Shown in pieces: positions 62,928-64,000 of a DNA stretch of 64,000 bases. The notes below the pieces were generated by a model. It made no database searches. It was given only the letters and a program-made list of their open reading frames with translations, and was not told the DNA's origin. Numbering within the stretch: position 1 is the first letter of the stretch; each line of letters starts with the position of its first letter. Position numbers and translations under genes: made by a program. Origin of the DNA: Patescibacteria group bacterium (GTDB taxonomy: Bacteria > Patescibacteriota > Patescibacteriia > Buchananbacterales > UBA6539); contig JAVEXP010000001.1 of assembly GCA_034003985.1 (NCBI GenBank), positions 236,190 through 300,189 of the forward strand, written 5' to 3'.

Positions 62928-64000
62928 TCAGGCAACTGGTAAACTAAAATAGAATGTCGAACCCTTTCCCAAGGTACTGGTGAACCAAATATCACCTTGG
63001 TGAAGATTAATAATCGATTTGGTAATGTATAAGCCCAAACCGGTTCCTTCTGCTTCGGAATGCAATACTTTTTTGCTGCGGAAAAATCTGGTGAACATTT
63101 TCTTTTGGTCGTCTTCGGAAATGCCAATGCCAGTATCCTTAACAGACACCACCAAGTAGCCCTTAGTCTTGTTAGTGTTGGTGATATTAATAACCGGCGA
63201 TTCATCGCTGATTTTCTTTAGTTCTTTTCCGGTCTTTGGCTCAATCAAGACGGTAACCTGACCGTTCTCCGGCGTATATTTAATGGCATTGGAAACAACA
63301 TTGGTGGCAACCTGAGCAATCCGATTATAATCGGCATTAACGCTTGGCAATTTAGTTTTGGAATTTTTCCAATTAAGAGAAATCTTCTTATTCTCGGCCT
63401 GAACCTTAAATCCTTTAATGACATCAGAAATAACATCAGAAATGTTAATAATTTTTGATTCAATTTCAAATTTACCCTCCTGTAATTTTGAAAGATTTAA
63501 AAGATCGCGAACCAAAACCAACAGCCGTTCATTGCCGCGGTAAATTTGGTCAATCAGCTCTTTTTGCTGCTTGGTTAATTTCCCGGATTTTGGATTTTGG
63601 AGCATTTCCAAGCTCCATTTGGTTATTCCCAGCGGCGCCTTAAGCTCATGAACGGTAATGGAAACGAATTCCCGCTCCTTTTTGATTAAATCTTCAGCCT
63701 GAATTTTAGAAATGGTCGCCACTTCATTTTCAACAACGGATTTTTTGTCGGTTGGAAAGTATACGCTAAATGTCGTGCCTTGATTTTCTTTACTGACAAA
63801 GTTAATTTTGCCGCCGCTGCCGTCAATTATCCTTTTAATAATATGAAGATCAAGACCAATCCCTTCGGTTTGGGTCTTCATGGCATTGCGTCCTCTAAAA
63901 AATCTGGTAAACACCAGATCTTGCTGATCACCGGGAATGCCAATGCCGTTATCTTTAATCTTAAGCAAAACAAAGCCATTGACCTGGCCCAGATCAATCT
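62928..64000 (-). CDS. Sensor histidine kinase (partial; the N-terminus lies beyond the window). Contains the tail of an upstream HATPase_c followed by a complete HisKA + HATPase_c core.
   Basis: The frame is open from 63968 to the window end (...IDLGQVNGFVLLKIKDNGIGIP... G1 box), so the true start is outside the window. Then H-box ITVHELKAPLGIT and a second ATPase (VKDTGIGI, GTGLGLYITK). Confidence 0.7.
   Translation of the reverse strand, partial: IDLGQVNGFVLLKIKDNGIGIPGDQQDLVFTRFFRGRNAMKTQTEGIGLDLHIIKRIIDGSGGKINFVSKENQGTTFSVYFPTDKKSVVENEVATISKIQAEDLIKKEREFVSITVHELKAPLGITKWSLEMLQNPKSGKLTKQQKELIDQIYRGNERLLVLVRDLLNLSKLQEGKFEIESKIINISDVISDVIKGFKVQAENKKISLNWKNSKTKLPSVNADYNRIAQVATNVVSNAIKYTPENGQVTVLIEPKTGKELKKISDESPVINITNTNKTKGYLVVSVKDTGIGISEDDQKKMFTRFFRSKKVLHSEAEGTGLGLYITKSIINLHQGDIWFTSTLGKGSTFYFSLPVA

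Noticed and set aside
62924-63643. ORFs 62924..63205, 63245..63469 and 63455..63643 inside the histidine kinase gene
   Set aside because: Out-of-frame or antisense to a CDS with clear HisKA/HATPase motifs.
1-64000. CRISPR arrays, rRNA genes, transposases/IS elements
   Set aside because: No spaced direct-repeat arrays, no 16S/23S/5S-like conserved blocks, and no transposase/integrase-like ORFs were found on either strand.

Overview
This window looks like a compact, gene-dense fragment of a low-GC (~38-42%) bacterial genome with a Candidate-Phyla-Radiation/Patescibacteria-like character. That call rests on: short housekeeping proteins, weak or absent Shine-Dalgarno sites on most genes, an rpoA without its C-terminal domain, an alaS without its C-terminal (C-Ala) domain, DUF4012/DUF11 envelope proteins, and a single-domain response regulator. 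Almost all genes are on the minus strand; only the dnaB-recR block, two tRNAs, RNase P RNA and two small peptide genes are on the plus strand.

Recognisable content:
- a ribosomal/translation block (infA-rpmJ-rpsM-rpsK-rpsD-rpoA-rplQ-rplM-rpsI), alaS, and clpB behind a consensus promoter plus a perfect CIRCE operator
- an amino-acid permease, ugd, secD-secF, yidC, ftsE-ftsX, an ftsB-like gene and a GreA/Rnk-like gene
- four tRNAs (Gln, Gly, Thr, Lys) and RNase P RNA with its own promoter and terminator
- dnaB-recR, rplU, a purF-like gene, and a cell-envelope polysaccharide locus (WbaP-like initiator + 3 GT4 + DUF4012 + DUF11 surface protein)
- sppA, tgt, rnhA, recJ, lepA, murJ, ackA-pduL-pfkB, corA, and a response regulator with a tandem histidine kinase that runs off the window end

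No transposase, integrase, CRISPR array or rRNA was seen.

The most unusual features:
1. a three-gene module: sigma-70-region-4/HARE-HTH protein, a single-pass membrane protein, and a TM-less VirD4/TraG-like coupling ATPase with a C-terminal zinc ribbon, with no other type IV secretion genes nearby.
2. an operon headed by a membrane-anchored, DnaJ-zinc-finger-bearing ClpC-like ATPase whose first ATPase domain is degenerate.
3. a parvulin PPIase domain inserted into SecD, with the same atypical motif order in a neighbouring PrsA-like protein.
4. several discrete high-GC islands carrying small ORFs with their own promoter, RBS and terminator: a bacteriocin-like signal-peptide peptide with a palindromic operator, Cys-rich small proteins, and an orphan purF.
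5. a zinc-less Tgt with a GC-rich in-frame insertion.
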